Shown: positions 40,875-55,763 of the stretch, piece after piece
How the letters are laid out: each line of letters begins with the position of its first letter
How positions within the stretch are numbered: position 1 is the first letter of the stretch
NCBI GenBank assembly: GCA_040954595.2
Contig: CM082581.2
Location: 186,001-250,000, forward strand
Origin: Balanoglossus misakiensis
Taxonomy: Eukaryota > Animalia > Hemichordata
Length of the DNA: 64,000 nt
Direction: 5' to 3'
Notes under the pieces: model-generated
Databases searched by the model: none
Told to the model about the DNA's origin: nothing
The model's input: only the letters and a program-made list of their open reading frames with translations
Position numbers and translations under genes: made by a program

Positions 40875-41475
40875 ATGGGGTGCCATGTGTTAACTTATTA
40901 TTTAGCTAAATTATTTGTTCAAAAGTCGTTATTTAACATACTTATATGTATGTAATTATAGATTTGCAAACCATTTAAGTCCTGACAATTTATTTATAAA
41001 TAATTTCAAGTCGATTCAATTATATACATAAAATGTATTTTATGCTCTTTTATTTATATATAATAAATTATTTATAAACAATGTCAGTGTCAGTCTATTA
41101 TATATATATCATGAGTGATGTACATAATTATTTATATATAATTAATTATTTATAAATAAAAAAAATTTAAGTGTATTATATATATATCATGAGTGATTTA
41201 TAAATAATTTAAGTGCAAGTCTATTATATATATATCATGAGTGATTTACATTATATAATGAATTATATATAAATAAGTGATTTCTAAACCATGAAAAAAT
41301 GCACTCGCGCCGTTTGTCAACTTATTATTTAACGCAAACTCATTATTTAACGCAAACTCATTATTTAAGGCCTGTTCACACGACCCCTTGCATTTGGATC
41401 ATTACGCACACATATAGTCCCCACACGTGAACAAGAAATGCACATTACGTGCGGTCATTTCATTTTTATTATACT
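40875..41475 (+). mobile_element. Orphan left arm of fold-back transposon, unit 3
   Basis: Copy of 11617-12217. Confidence 0.85.
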
Positions 41476-41817
41476 CCTTTCAAAGGTTAGATGAAACACC
41501 GAAAAAGGTATCAACTAGTTAGTGATTTTAGCCCGTGATTGCAATGTTTGATTGAAACGCGAAAAGCTGATCGATAGCTCTACATTGTGGTCTCCGAGGT
41601 CAAAGGTTGGCCGGTCATGACAATGCCATTATTAAAATAGGGGCCAGTCTTCAAGACGTGACTCTACCAGCCTCCAGACCAGGAACTGGCGACCCGCCGT
41701 TTGTTTCCAACGCCAAATTTGATTCTAATGTTGAATTTACGAGAAAACAATTTATCTGACCTGTAGTTTTTTGGCTCACTTACGTTTTGATGACTGGCCC
41801 CTATTTTAATAATGGTA

Positions 41818-42128
41818 CCACATGACTCAGTATGTCCAGCTAAAGGCAAGTCATGCAGGAAGTGTGGCAAACCTAACCATTTAGCCAAATGCTACCATTC
41901 AAAAGGCAAGGCAAATAGGGTAGACAAGGATAAAACTGTCAAAGCTGTGCATAAAGTGGAAGACAGCTCGGGAGATGAATACTGCTTCACTGTACAGCAA
42001 TCAAATGGCAGGAGGCCTCGAGTAACAGTGCAGATAGAACAAACAGCAGTTGCCTCACTGATCGACCCTGGTTCTACAATAAACATGATGGGTGTAAACA
42101 CATACAACAACCTAAAGAACAAACCCAT
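41818..42128 (+). mobile_element. Gypsy gag-protease fragment (unit 3)
   Basis: Copy of 12560-12870. Confidence 0.85.
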
Positions 42129-45100
42129 GTGGCAAACAGAAAGCCCGTTTTACCACTGCCAGCAGTGCATTATTGAGTATTTTAGCATCGCTGGATTTAG
42201 CTCTCGTCCAATCAGAGTTGCAGACGGTAGCATGATATACTAGTAATATAATTGAGAATAAATCTCGCGACAAGTGTACAGTTTGACAATGTACACAGAT
42301 AATCCGTTTCAACAATGTTTCCTTTGTAGTGTGAATAAAACTGCACACTTTGCAAGTTTTCAACTTCAAAACACTATGGCTATTACAGAGACAAAGCTGC
42401 TAATATACAGTGTATACCTGTCATTTTTGTTTGTGGTGAGATTTTCATTGGCACAGTCGCACAGAGCTCACACAAGAGGAAATTACACTTTCTGTTGAAT
42501 TCACTGCATACTGCTAACTTTAAGTCATATATCCACTGAAACATTAAGTTATAGAATTTTCCATCGCAGTATTCTGTTTTATATACATGTATAGCAGTCC
42601 CACACATATTGATTAATTTGACAAAAGAAACTGACTGACAATTTTCACAGCGCTCCCAGTAAAGCATCCTTGGCAGGTGCACGTCAATGCCACACACGAG
42701 GTTAGGGTTGGCAAGTGCTGCCATTTTGACATGGGTTGTTAGCACTAATCAATTCCTACGCATGACAGAAAAATGAAGAATTAGGCTATGGGCCGGAACT
42801 GCCTATCGTTTCAAAATGCACTCTGTATATTAGGGTCTATTTCTTTTACATAAAAGACAAGTCTTCTTGCTCTAATATGATAAAATAAAAAAACTTCAAC
42901 TTAAATATTGCGTCCTCAGAGGTAATATCGAGCCCTAAAATGCGGTTAAAGGTCGTGCAGTTCTCCTTATAACAATCGTTCGATTGGTGGTTACGTGACT
43001 GCATCAATCACAGAATGCGTTATGTCACTCAGCAATTACACACACAGGGCAAACTATCAGGCAGCTACATGTACACTAGTATACATGTTACAGAAGATTA
43101 AACAGAATTTTTGGTAAGGAAAGTTTGAGCAGACTAGTCCATTCAATGTAAAAAATGGTGCTGATTACAAAAAAGTCAGTCTTATTGACCCCTTTGAAGA
43201 CAAAATTGCCATTTTTGCCACTTTTAACCCAAAAGGTCATTAAAAAAACCCACTCAAAACACACTGTTTTCATCACATTCGGAGATCTGATGACATTTGA
43301 GGATTATGCGGAAACAGTGACACAGCAGAATAAAAATTACAGGTGACATTTGCAAGCACTTATGATCTGACCATATAGAAATATGCAATGTAAAAACATT
43401 AACAAGGAACATGCCCAATAAACTGTCATGTGTCATGGCAGTCTTACAAGTGGTGCTAGAAAAAAAAATTGACCAAAAATTGTCTGTACACAAACACATA
43501 TGCGAAGCAACTTCTTTCAGTCAGCCCTGGAACAGACACACACTGACCTGCCACTGGTAATTAAAATGTGATAGCTGGTGGTCTCTGTAACAGCTGGCCT
43601 ATTTAAGTTATGTAAACATGTCTTTGTTCGAGGTAACAACTCCTTGTAAATAGTAACTTTAAAAACAACTGGACAATTTGTTTAGGAGAAGATTTGCTAA
43701 CCAAAAACAAAGAAACTTACCAAAAAAACTCGCTAAATATTTAATCTTTCTGATCTCAGAATTGAATAAAAGTTGCACATATACAGGTATGTGTTATGAA
43801 ATTATATCCTAAATTTCAAAGCAATCAGAGAAAAAACTAATTTCAAAGCAATCCAACAAGCAGTTTCACAGAAAATATTTGTTCAAAAGTGGCAAAAACA
43901 CAAATATGCAAATATCACCAAAATTGTACAATATCTTACTTCAATCACTACAAGGAACATGCTGCCTAAGTTCAATGCAATAGGACAAGCGGTTTCAGTG
44001 AAAACAATTTTTGACAAAAATTGCAAAAGTTTCCCCGATAACACATTTATGCAAATATCACATTTTTTACAACATATTATTTAGGTTACCCCTACGAACA
44101 TGCCTACCAAATTGCAAAGCAATCTGGCATGAGGTTTTAAAGAAAAACATTTTTTGACCAAAAATGGCAAATAATGCTCAAAATTATAGATATGCAAATT
44201 TTGCAACAATTTGAACAAAACTATGGTTACTTAGACAACATTAGGAGGCTTCATACTAAATTTCAAAGACTTTTACCAATAACATGGAAAAATACAAAAA
44301 AATGCAAAAAAAATAGGAAATCGATAATATTAGCTCAAAACATACAGGGTTGTATGAGGTTGATATAAGGTACATGCATACCATTTTTCAAATCAATATG
44401 ACCAGTGGTTGTCCAGTTTTTGAGTTTTGACCAATTTCACATTTTCCCAGCTAATTTGCATATTTTTGGCAATGACATCTTCATTTGAACAAACTCCCAT
44501 CTACAGCCCTGCCTGCATCTACACGCCAAATATCGAGGTCATACGCGCTGCGGTTTTCAAGTTTTTCATGTGGACGGACATACAGACATACATCCATCCA
44601 TCCATCCATACATACAGACGTAACCAATCCCATAAGTTCCTATGGTACATACCAATGGGACCTAAAAACTTGTGACTTACATGTAACACATGTTTGCCCA
44701 GTGTAGCAGGTTGGACAGTTGCAGGTGTAGATTGAGCAGGAGCCTTGAAGTGGCTGATACACTCCGTTATTCAGACATGGGTTTAGAAGACACTGGTTGA
44801 TCGCTAAGGGTGAGAGAAATGAAAAGTATCACATTAGGGTCTTACACACTTGAGTGGGAAGTGAAATCTGTAGCAGACTGTCAGAAGATTGCACATCCGT
44901 GTGATCATGTTCATGTGTGAAGGATAATGAAGACCACTTGATCCAAGCTTGGTGCTACCATCTTTACCATAATTACTGAATCTTATAATATTTACTAGTT
45001 GGGGGTCGGTGGGGTGGGGGTGGGGGTAGTTGATGTCATAACTTTCTGATGTTTCAATTTACGGTTGGAAAAATAGCAACATCTACACTGATGAGCATTT

Positions 45101-48100
45101 GAGTCAATGAAAGTATTCATCATGGCTACCGTAGTGCATATAAGTCTCTTGGTTAGCTGCACAATCACAGGCAACTTTATTGAGACAATATCAATGACAA
45201 AGCCCAGCGATTTCTACTTTGTGCGGGAAATCTGACACTGGTTTGCTTACGTTCAGCGCACGTGGTTCCGATGAAACAGCGTGGACTCTGGCATCTGAAC
45301 TCGGTGCAGGACACTTGCTGGCAGAATCCACTGTTTAGACAAGGGTTGGGCTGACACGGATTCAAATCTGTGCACAGAAGAGAAAGTGATATAAATTGTG
45401 TACAGTTAATATTTACTACATATACTTTAAACAGATTTGTGCAGTCAGGGTTGAGTGGTAAAAATCTCAGTTGGTCAACAGAACATCACTGCGACAAATT
45501 TCTTCCATGTTCAACAAAAGAAACGTAATGAAATTTTGACACAGGTGTAATAGTGTCTTAGTGTACCATACGGTGCAGGTTGTTATTTGGTCAAATACAC
45601 AATCCCCTTTTATGGCACACACATTCTTAATAAATTTCCCCAAAATTGTGTCGTTATTCACTGTTTGATACAGGTTGGAAGAAACCAACTGCAAGCCGAT
45701 TATGTGTTATGTTATTATGTTCCTCTTCATCTGAAATTTAAAATCACTCACATGTCTGACATAAATCGCCGGAGTAACAGCTTGTACAGGAGCATGTGAA
45801 TTCAGTACACCAATTGGGCGTCAGCACACAGTTTCCACCATTCCGACACTGGATGGGTTGACACTGGTTGACAGCTGTGGGATGTGCAGTCAAGATATTG
45901 TCAAAATTACAGAATCTACAAACTACACTCCACAGTCATGTACATGTATACATGACAACAACCAAAGGGCTGTTTTGAAAAACCAAATGCTGTGAAATCC
46001 TTTAGAGTGTGACAAGAAACCACAGTTGCAACCGAAAACAAAAATAGTGATAACATTAAGCTAGCCCAAAGTTTGAGTTACCAGGGCTTTAATATGTGTA
46101 CCGTACTTATATTATATAATATATAACAAGTGTTTTGCATTGAATAAAATAATATTGGTTAGTACTTACGCATTGTACATGTGGCACCAGTGAAGCATTC
46201 GGTACACATACAGTCAAACAGGAAACAGCCGTCTCACGCAACGCATGTGCCACCATTTTGACAAGGCATAGGGTATAACTGATCAATGGCTGCCAAAACA
46301 AAAAGGAAAGTATCAATTACCTGCTTGTCAAAAACTTGTACATGTACTTGTGATGTTCATTTCGTTTAAATATGTGAGCAATGTCTTCATTCCTTGTTTC
46401 AAACCTTTACATTTAAAATAACATAATGATGCTATTGCTAGGATTTTTCTGTAAGAATCTTGAAAAATTAAAAAAATGTGCCATCAACATGATACAGAAG
46501 GCTTTCCTTTTTAACATGCACCTCACACTCAATTTTGACCCTACATCAGCAAATTTTGAAAGGATGAAACTTAGTAATGCTTCCACCCCATTTATTGGTG
46601 TATGGGTCCATCTATCACATTGAGAATACCAAAAATGAGGGTTTATATACCACGCTGTGTCATAAAACAGTAATTCGACACACCTACGGCACAGATGGCC
46701 CCAGTCCAACACTACTGGCAGTAACAGGTGTAGTCAGTATAAGAATTTGGTGTTTTGGAACAATAGCCTCCATTTTGACACGGATTCTGATCACATGGGT
46801 TAATGACAATCAGAAAAAAAAATAGTTTAAAACACATGAAATGCAGATGGCTACACCTCAACCAAAGATGATTCCTGCACCACAACAAAATCCTTTGACA
46901 CAAGCATTATACTGGAACCATACCCAGAACACGCATTAAGTATATGATGAAGGGACAATGTCTCTATTTTGGGTAATACAGTAAAACCTGTCTTTATGGA
47001 CACCTCTCTAATCAGAACACCTAGTAAGATTGATTTTTCAAGCCAAATAGTAAGGATAATTAAGGACGTCTCTTTTACTTAATACTAAGAGGTGTGCACC
47101 ACCTTAGGAGAGATTACCTCACATGCACAATTATCTCTACAGACACTAGTCTTCAAGAGGCAACTCTTGTATATTTGAGTGATGAAAACATCCAACTTCG
47201 TACACTTCCTCACAAGTTCGTGCCTATCCTAAATTGCACGGACATACAAATGAAATTTCTGTTTCCTTTTCCTTTCTTTTCTCTTGGGGAAATTTTAGAA
47301 ATGAGAAGTTACCACACAATTCAATTGCCATGAAGAGAAAGTGCCCAAAAGATTGTCATTTACGGTACGTCAGAAACTTACATATTTCACAACGGTTACC
47401 CTCATAGCAACCAGTACAGGCACAGGTATATGCCGTGCAGGAGTTGGCCACTGCATTACATACAGCCCCGTTGAGACAGCTGTTTCGCTGGCCTGGATCT
47501 TGGACTGCAATAAAAAGTGCAACCTAATGTTATCTCAGCAATATTTACTTTCAAAATCTGTTTGATGAAAACATCATCATTACCATTACTGTAAATACTG
47601 AACGGAACTTCACTTCCAAAAACAACTTGCTCATTCTGGGACGCACTTATGGGGCTATGAAAATCTCTGTATATGTATCTTGTGTAGGGAAAATTTTCAT
47701 GAACGATCAACAGTTTTTTCTTCAAATAAACATGTTTTCTTTCAGCTGTACATCATTTTTGAGGTGACCGATTCCCAAGGACCAAGGTGTGATGCTGAAG
47801 ATGAAAATATAAAGTATGACCAACAGACAATGTATTGAGACATGATTGTAAATGTTAGTTCCTGCATGACAAATGTTTGTTTTAATGAGTTTTACACTGG
47901 CTGCAGTGTGTGCCGGTGAAACATCCTGGACAAGTACACTCATAAGTTGTACAAGACAGCTGAGTACACCGCCCATTGTTCAGGCATGGACTTGGCCTAC
48001 ATGGAGTTTGTTCTGTTTCAATGGCATGAAAAAAAAATAGTAGTGACATAAGTTTTTTAGGGTATGACCATTTCCCTAATTCCTACAGCTGTGGTTCTAT

Positions 48101-48810
48101 CGGGTTCTCCTATAACTGAGCCTCCTAAATGTATAACTGAACAATAAGAAGTCAAGGGTGCCCTGACACCCAACTTTTAAGAGCAGTTCATTTACTGAAA
48201 CTGCCAGCACCCAATATTATCCCACATGTAATCCATATGTGGAATTATATTATACCAGTATATTGATGGTGTAAATCACGCTATTTGATTGGTCGAGACA
48301 CGACACGTGACCGTGATATATTAGCCATATACCACAGTCATATATCATAGTCAAAGAAAATGCCTTTTTAAAATGTTTTATGCAAAGTTTCAATATACTG
48401 GCATAATATAATAGCAATAAAACACCCCCAGCCATGGTATACCACTCAATTTTGACCAGTTCAACTCCATATACGCACTCGCTATCGCTCGTGCGTATAT
48501 GTCGTGAACTGGTCAACATCTCGTGGTATACCATGGCTGGGGGTGTTTTATTGCTTAAATCAAATACACCTGTAACAGTTTTAATTTACCATGTGGGTAT
48601 TTGCATGGAGGGCCATGGTATTTGTTATCTACTGATAAAATACCCTTCAAAACAATATCCTCATTTCTTCAGAAGTTTGGCAACAAGACCAATAAAATTT
48701 GAAGTTTCACATCAAAATATACAATGCATAAATATGCTTAAAGATCTACGGAATAAAGATTGCTTGTTTGTTTGCAGGGTGTCTTGAAAGTATATACTCA
48801 CTTGTTTGAC

Positions 48811-49928
48811 CATGGACCCTAGAGAAAGAAGGACGCGCAACTCCAGTTTTTTCTTGAAATGATGTTCTTTTGCATACATTATTTCCAGGTAAATCCCAAT
48901 AATCCAATTTGCAAATAAACTGTGTATAAACTAACGCAAAGTCTCGCGTTTTGCGTGAAGTTATCACAAACACCTTAGAACATCTCGCAGAAGAAGAGAA
49001 AAATGCAACGTGGTTGAACGCAGCAATCATTTATGGAACACATCTGCACAAGTTAAACAGGAATTTGGCACCTCTGAGTCTGACAGCGTCCAAAACAAGC
49101 ATCTTTTGTCTAACAGTCCGGGTATTTCACAAGGCTGTGAGCTAACCGTACCGAGGGTTGCCTGGCGGCAATAGCGCACACATGAAAATCCAGCCAGTTT
49201 GTTTATAAATTGTTTTCGTGAAATCTGTTTTATTGTTCACGCACTGCGAAATAAAATGCCCCTAAACCACAATTTTTGTTTCAATGCTTCACGCAAACAT
49301 AAAATTATTACGAAAAGTGTCAGCGTTACCAAGAAATATGAGTGCCCAGTCGGACATGCAAGAAGGACGCGCAACTCCAGTTTTTTCTTGAAATGATGTT
49401 CTTTTGCATACATTATTTCCAGGTAAATCCCAATAATCCAATTTGCAAATAAACTGTGTATAAACTAACGCAAAGTCTCGCGTTTTGCGTGAAGTTATCA
49501 CAAACACCTTAGAACATCTCGCAGAAGACGAGAAAACTGCAACGTGGTTGAACGCAGCAATCATTTATGGAACACATCTGCACAAGTTAAACAGGAATTT
49601 GGCATGGATGATTTGTTTACAATTTTTAAATGAAGCTTGTGGCACTAGAAATGACCGTTCATCCGACAGACGACCATAATAATTAGCACAGACATCGTAA
49701 TACTTTTAGAATTTTAGAAAAAAACGCAGTGGCTGCTGAAATGCAGGAGTGTCAGTTTGGTGGCAAGTTTTCGCATCACTGGTGGGGTCGACACGTGCCG
49801 AAGTAAGGAAGTCATTGTCCAACTGTCCTGGGTGTTAATTATATGCAAAAGAACATCATCATACAGATAATTCCCAAACCCTTTGATCTTTGCCGCAGTT
49901 GCTCGTCCTTCTTTCTCTAGGGTCTATG
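48811..49928. mobile_element. P-superfamily-like non-autonomous transposon (unit 4 copy)
   Basis: Same TIRs and GTTTGAC TSD as 33920-35037. Confidence 0.88.
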
Positions 49929-50597
49929 GTTTGACAGATGTCACCTGTGTAAGAGTTCACACACTGGCATGAATAGAAATTGCACGATGTTTGCTGGCAA
50001 AATCCACCATTCATACATGGGTTGGGATCACAGGGGTTTTGCACTGGAAATTAAGAAAGGACGCCATTTTATTCCTTGCTACTCATTCTACAGTACAGAT
50101 ATGGCAAAAACCTTGCAGAATTATGGCAAGGGTGTGTGGAGTGATTGTGCCTACAACTTATATTAGGCTGGTATCAAGTTGTTCACACCTCCATAGATCA
50201 TGTGGCAGTGACTGTGAGGCAAGGGCTTCCCTTCATGAAATCAAAGACCTGTGTACTGGAGGAGGGTTCCTTGCAAATGCTTGACTTGACTTCAAGCATA
50301 CCTGTAGACTCATATGTAAATTTACACTATCTGGCCTGGAGTGAGAATTTCCATAGTGGATGTGCGTTGACAAAAGGCTGTAAAATTGGCCAGTCGCGCA
50401 TAATGTTTCTTGAACTAAGACAATCAAGACATTATGCGCTACGAAAGTGATTTTGATTGGGAAGAGTGTAATCTTGCATTCGATGTCAAGAACGCTCCAA
50501 GCTCTGCTGTGGTGATGGCTACACCTATGCTCAGGAAACATGCAGTATTTGAATGCATCAGAGACAAAAGGTAAAAGAGACTGCGCTGTATACTTAC

Positions 50598-50720
50598 ATA
50601 TCTCACACCTATCACCTTTGTAGCAACCAGTACATATGCAGGTGAGATCAAAGCAGGAATTTCGAGCCGGTTGACAGAAGCCACCATTCTGGCACGGATT
50701 TGGTGGACACTGGTTGAGTC
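50598..50720 (-). CDS. EGF-like exon (open, 8 Cys), unit 4 copy
   Basis: Same translation as 35707-35829. Confidence 0.62.
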
Positions 50721-50944
50721 CTACAAGGAAAAGGGTCAAATTTTCCATGATCATCAATGTCATGTGATTATGAATGTATGTCAGTGGCTGAAAAAAATTC
50801 CCAGGGGTGAGTTTCCTACAAAAATTGTGATGTGACAAACCGACAAATTAGCATATTAGCATAATCAGAATAAATAAAAAACAGGTAGTTTAAAAGAACA
50901 AACACTTTGGAAAAGGAATAGAGCTAAGCTGCTGTCCCTTTCTA

Positions 50945-51406
50945 ATTGTTACTCGTTCAAAAATCACCTGTCACATCACTCCAATTTTGTATCAGATGCA
51001 CTGGCTACCTGTTACAGAGCGTATTGTTTTTAAGATGTTAGTTCTCATTTTTAAATCCATTCATAAACTTGGTCCAATCTATCTTTCTAGCATGACTAAT
51101 CTATATGTTCCGTGTCGCAATTTGAGGTCAGCTGATCAGTTCAAACTCTGCCCTGTTCGATCACGCACCAAGAGTTATGGTGATCGTGCTTTTACTGTTG
51201 CTGCTCCAATTCTTTGGAATAATCTTCCACTCACCATTCGCCAGGCACCAGACTTATCTGTTTTTAAATCAAATGTTAAAACTTTACTTTTTAAATCTGT
51301 TTTTTAGCCATTTGTTGTATTGTACTTTTGCTTTAAGCGTCATTGATCACATTTTTTGTGGATACTGACGCTATACAAATAAATTATTATTATTATTATT
51401 ATTATT
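50945..51406 (+). mobile_element. L2/CR1 LINE 3' fragment (unit 4)
   Basis: Copy of 6799-7265. Confidence 0.9.
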
Positions 51407-54400
51407 TCTATTTTTGTGTTTGTACAACATCAGTGAAGTTTAAATCATAATAAAAAAAAAATGATAATTATCATTATTAACTGCTATAGATTCAAACTTA
51501 CTTGTCTCACACCTGTTTCCCTAGTAACACTCTGTGCACATGCCAATGGTGGCAGTACAAGAATTTGCCTGTTGTTGGCAGGTACCTCCATTGAGACAAG
51601 GACTAGTGAAGCATGGATTAGGAACTGGAAGACAGGAATTCAAAATTTTATACAACAGTTACCTATGGTAACACCAGTACACGTTCATTATTTCTCTGTT
51701 ATGTTTTTATACTGGTGATTTTACTGTTTTTATTACCGATCATATGACTGACTTAAAGATGATGATGATGATGATAATGACTACACCTGCTATTATTACT
51801 ACAATGTACCTCAGCACTTAGATTTTTTAATAAATGACAAAGTACTGTACTCACGTGTTTCACATGTGAAGCCCAGGTAGCAGCCAGCACATAGACATGT
51901 GACGCCTGTACAAGATCCCTGGATTGCTTGGCAAGTACCAGCATTCCGGCATGGGTTAAGGTTTGTGTTCGCACGGATTCATTGCTGCAAATGTACACAA
52001 TATTTACAAAATAAAACAGTATACAACTGTAAGTATTTATAATCATCAATTGTGAATATCACACCAATCAAGGCCTTTTAATGCACCCTGATTGCTGAGA
52101 GCTGAAATATGTGAACCAACGTGTATTTGTTTTCACTACTATATCACATGACATTCTGCATCTCTTTTCCATAGTTGGAGTCTGCACCCAACATTGTATT
52201 CCGGGGTAGCACTACCCGGAACCCCGAAACTTTTTCGTCATCATCCGAGTACTTTTCCCAGCATGCAGTTGCCAAGAAGGCTGCACAGGGAGTTTTTAAT
52301 TTTGCACTGGTATACAATTTTTTTATTCGTCAATTTCACAGACACGTGCATTGCACATCAAAATTTTGCGTCAGAAGTGAGGACAACTTAACTAGGTACC
52401 AATGCAATGTGGTTTTAGGCGGATTTGAACTTTTCCTTTAATGTAACAGTTGTATTGACATGCGATTATCATACTGAACATGAAGCAATCTCAAAATTGC
52501 TAAAAATAAAATAATTCAGAACATTTAGATTCTACAATGGTGAAAAAATATGACAAACCTTCCAAAATTCTTATTTTTGAGGCCATTTTACAAAAATCTA
52601 CGAGCCTGGCAAAATCTGAAAGAGGTGCTAGATAAAGGGCGCTTTTTCAAAACTCTAGATGGTTGACCCCCAATTTTTATTCCATAGATTAAATGTTTAG
52701 AAGTCATAGTATCATCAGTATTAATTTTAACATGATCAGACGACCCTTTATTTCGAGGTGCGCAACACCTTAAATATGTTTTTACGACTAAGACGACTAC
52801 AAACCTGGTAGAAGGGGAGTACATGTTGTTGATGGTCCCAGAGAGTAGGTTCTTGATGTGCAGGCAAGTGGGTGATGTTGCTGCACACTGACAGCCTGGA
52901 TCGCAAGGGGTACAGGATACTTCTGTGGCTGTGTCAGCATAATAACTTGATGGACAAGGAATGGGGCTGTCTGACCCATCTGGACAGTAGTTACCTACGC
53001 CGCAATCAGCACATGTCATGTCTGTAGAATAACAGCAGCTTGTGTAGTGAGTGTTTTGCCGATATGACAGAGTTCAAGTATGCTTATTTGGTTAAATTTT
53101 AAAAGGAATATCACCCGCTGTTTTAGAGTTAATATTGCGAAAGGGACTTCATAAGTTGTCTGAAAACACCAGTTTCCCCAATTTTCACTAATGTATAGGA
53201 ATACATGAGAAGTCGGCCAGATTAGAAGTCGGCCACTACGCGCGTATGAGAAGTCGGCCAGTACGAGAAGTCAGCCAGTTGTTGAACTTGTACCCGAATA
53301 GTGCAGTGATGACCCAGATTACTTATAACAACACTTAATAAAATATAATTGCACTAAATATTTTCATTTGGACGGATTTCCCAAATTCTTGACAACACAA
53401 TGGCGTCATTTCAAATAATGGCGTCTGGCATCCGTACCAGTTCCCCAGCCCCGTATCCGCGTAAGGAGCTTAGGTTGTTCGCCAAATTCCTGTGACATTT
53501 CTGATTAAAGGGAGTTGTTTCAAAGCCTACTAAAATACATAGAAGATGTATGTGTATATTCATACTTTCTGAGACAACACCAAACAAACAAACAAACAAA
53601 CGTGACAAGGAACAGACTACTGGCGCAGCTCAAGAAGTGCAGGTGACTGATGTTGACGTACCCCGGTGACGTACATGAAAAGTGAACAGACAGTTTTAAA
53701 ATTCATCGGCTATTTGTACAAATATCTCAGCTCCTGTACATCAAGGAAACATTTCGTAGTGAAACAGTTATATATAACACAAAGTACCAGGGTTCTCTCC
53801 CACAGGCCGACTTCTCGTACTGGCCGATACCGACTTCTCATACTGGTCGACTTCTCAGGACACCATGTATAGCATAGCTGTTGAACTAAAAGAATATGTA
53901 AAACTACAAGTGATGTAAACAACTTGTGGAACCATGTTCAAATCGAGACCAGAAGAAAAGAGATTTCAAGACTTACCTCCTTCAACACTTTACTTCCCTG
54001 TAGCGCACTGTGTGACATTTGTAGTTGTGCATTCATAACCAGAAGGACTTGGCCGAACCTAGCAAGTATGAACCTATCACAGAAAAAATTCAAAGAACGA
54101 TTGGTTTGGTCCAACGATCCCTTATTAGAGAGATGTCCGTAATCACAGGTGTTACTGTTCAATACCTCTTCAGTGGAATCATTGTGTTTTTCAAAGTGCA
54201 TCACAATATCAACTCCAATGAGCATAACAGTTTAATTTTCTGTGTATGTCATGCTATAACACAGGGAAGTCATAAGAGTAATTTGCAGCCCAACTTACCA
54301 GTAACTGTTGAACAATCAACTACGGGTGACATGGTTGGACACTTGGATCCTGCTGGACAAGGCGTGCATGTGCCGTCGCCTTCCATAGCATATTCACCAT

Positions 54401-54740
54401 TGCCACAGTCAAGCGGATCTTACATTGGATCTGAACACGATTGTCCAGCAGGGCACAGAAGACGGGATGTGCGTGCAGGCTCCTCACTTATTTCATCTGA
54501 TTAAAGAAAATGAGGTTTTTAGTGAAGTATTTGTGATACAGTGTCATTTAAAATAACAAATTACTTGAGATGATTCACTTCATAATTCTGAGACAAGTAT
54601 ACGGGCATGTAGAAAATTCTTTGGAGGACATTAAACGTCATTTCTAATCAACCATTTTCTGAATATCATAAGACTCTGCGAGATCTCACATGGCTAACCG
54701 GGTCTCGCAAGATTTCGCACTGAGTTGATAATCTGTTGTA

Positions 54741-54772
<32 letters not shown>

Positions 54773-55763
54773 TAACCCCAGTCGCACTGACTTGAAAATC
54801 TGTTGTAAACACATACATGCATACACACATACCACTCAGTTTCATCACACAGCAAACTGAACAAGTACCACAATCTTACCATTTGTACATCTGGTACAGT
54901 TTGTTGCACCAGCCAATGACACGTAACCCTTGGTACACTTGAATTGCGATGCACTGGGATCTGTGCAGGCGTACCCTTGCTCACAAATAGTACACTGTTC
55001 AGCACCGGCTGATCTGTAAATCAAACAAAGAATTTACACACCAAGTTAACCTTTGAATACCACTGTAAAAAATTGGCGCAAATTTTAATTATTTTCATAA
55101 ATAGGTCTATTCAAATTTGGAAAAATTGTCATTTTTTCATTCATATATTATATCAGTAAATTTTAAATACAGAAATGGAAAATGTACCCATCCTATTTTT
55201 CAGTTAGTAAATTACCTGACCTAATGTTTGATGTTGGAAATAAAGGTTGGTGGGTAGAAGTTTACCTGTTATGCAAGAGGTACAGCGAGACATCCTTTGT
55301 CCAAGGCCGAACTGTAATAACCAGCCGAGCATAAAATCACAGTGTTACCATTTGGACATTGGTTACCAGCTGGGCAATCAAGTGCTGAAAATAAACAGAG
55401 ATTTATAGAATCTTATAGTCACAGTCATACCTTCAAAGACGTGGGATTCTCACGCGGGTTGGGGACACAAAAATCCCTGGCAAAAGATTGAGGACAGGAA
55501 AATGCCAAACCAGAGATATTGGTAACAGAAACTGTATACAGTCAATGCCATATGGCAGTGTGCTGTTCTAACAACAGACAAGAATGTGACGATCATAGTC
55601 TGTGTCGGAGATTTGGAAAAGAGCAAATTCGGTGAAAAGACGGGACAAAACAAAAGTCTACTTATACGATGCACATGAAAACTGGATGAAAGCGAAGCAG
55701 TCCACTATTTGAATGCATTGGATGTAAAATTGGCAGAATATTTGGACTGGACGTAATGTTTGT

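Larger units (their letters stand above)
44681..51984 (-). pseudogene. Multi-EGF-repeat gene remnant, unit 4 (11 exons)
   Basis: Same layout as unit 3, e.g. exons 44681-44803, 47382-47504, 47896-48012, 49929-50043, 50598-50720, 51502-51624, 51855-51984. Confidence 0.85.

Noticed and set aside
1069-51984. Functional Notch/fibropellin-like gene spanning the array
   Set aside because: No signal peptide, start, terminal or other-domain exons were seen. Several exons have stops, frameshifts, a broken acceptor or lost canonical Cys. An ORF could be built only by skipping exons, and there is no transcript evidence here.
1069-51984. Dscam- or VLR-like cassette diversification system
   Set aside because: Copies are near-identical rather than diversified. 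No constant exons, recombination signals or docking sequences were seen, and the lesions look like neutral decay.
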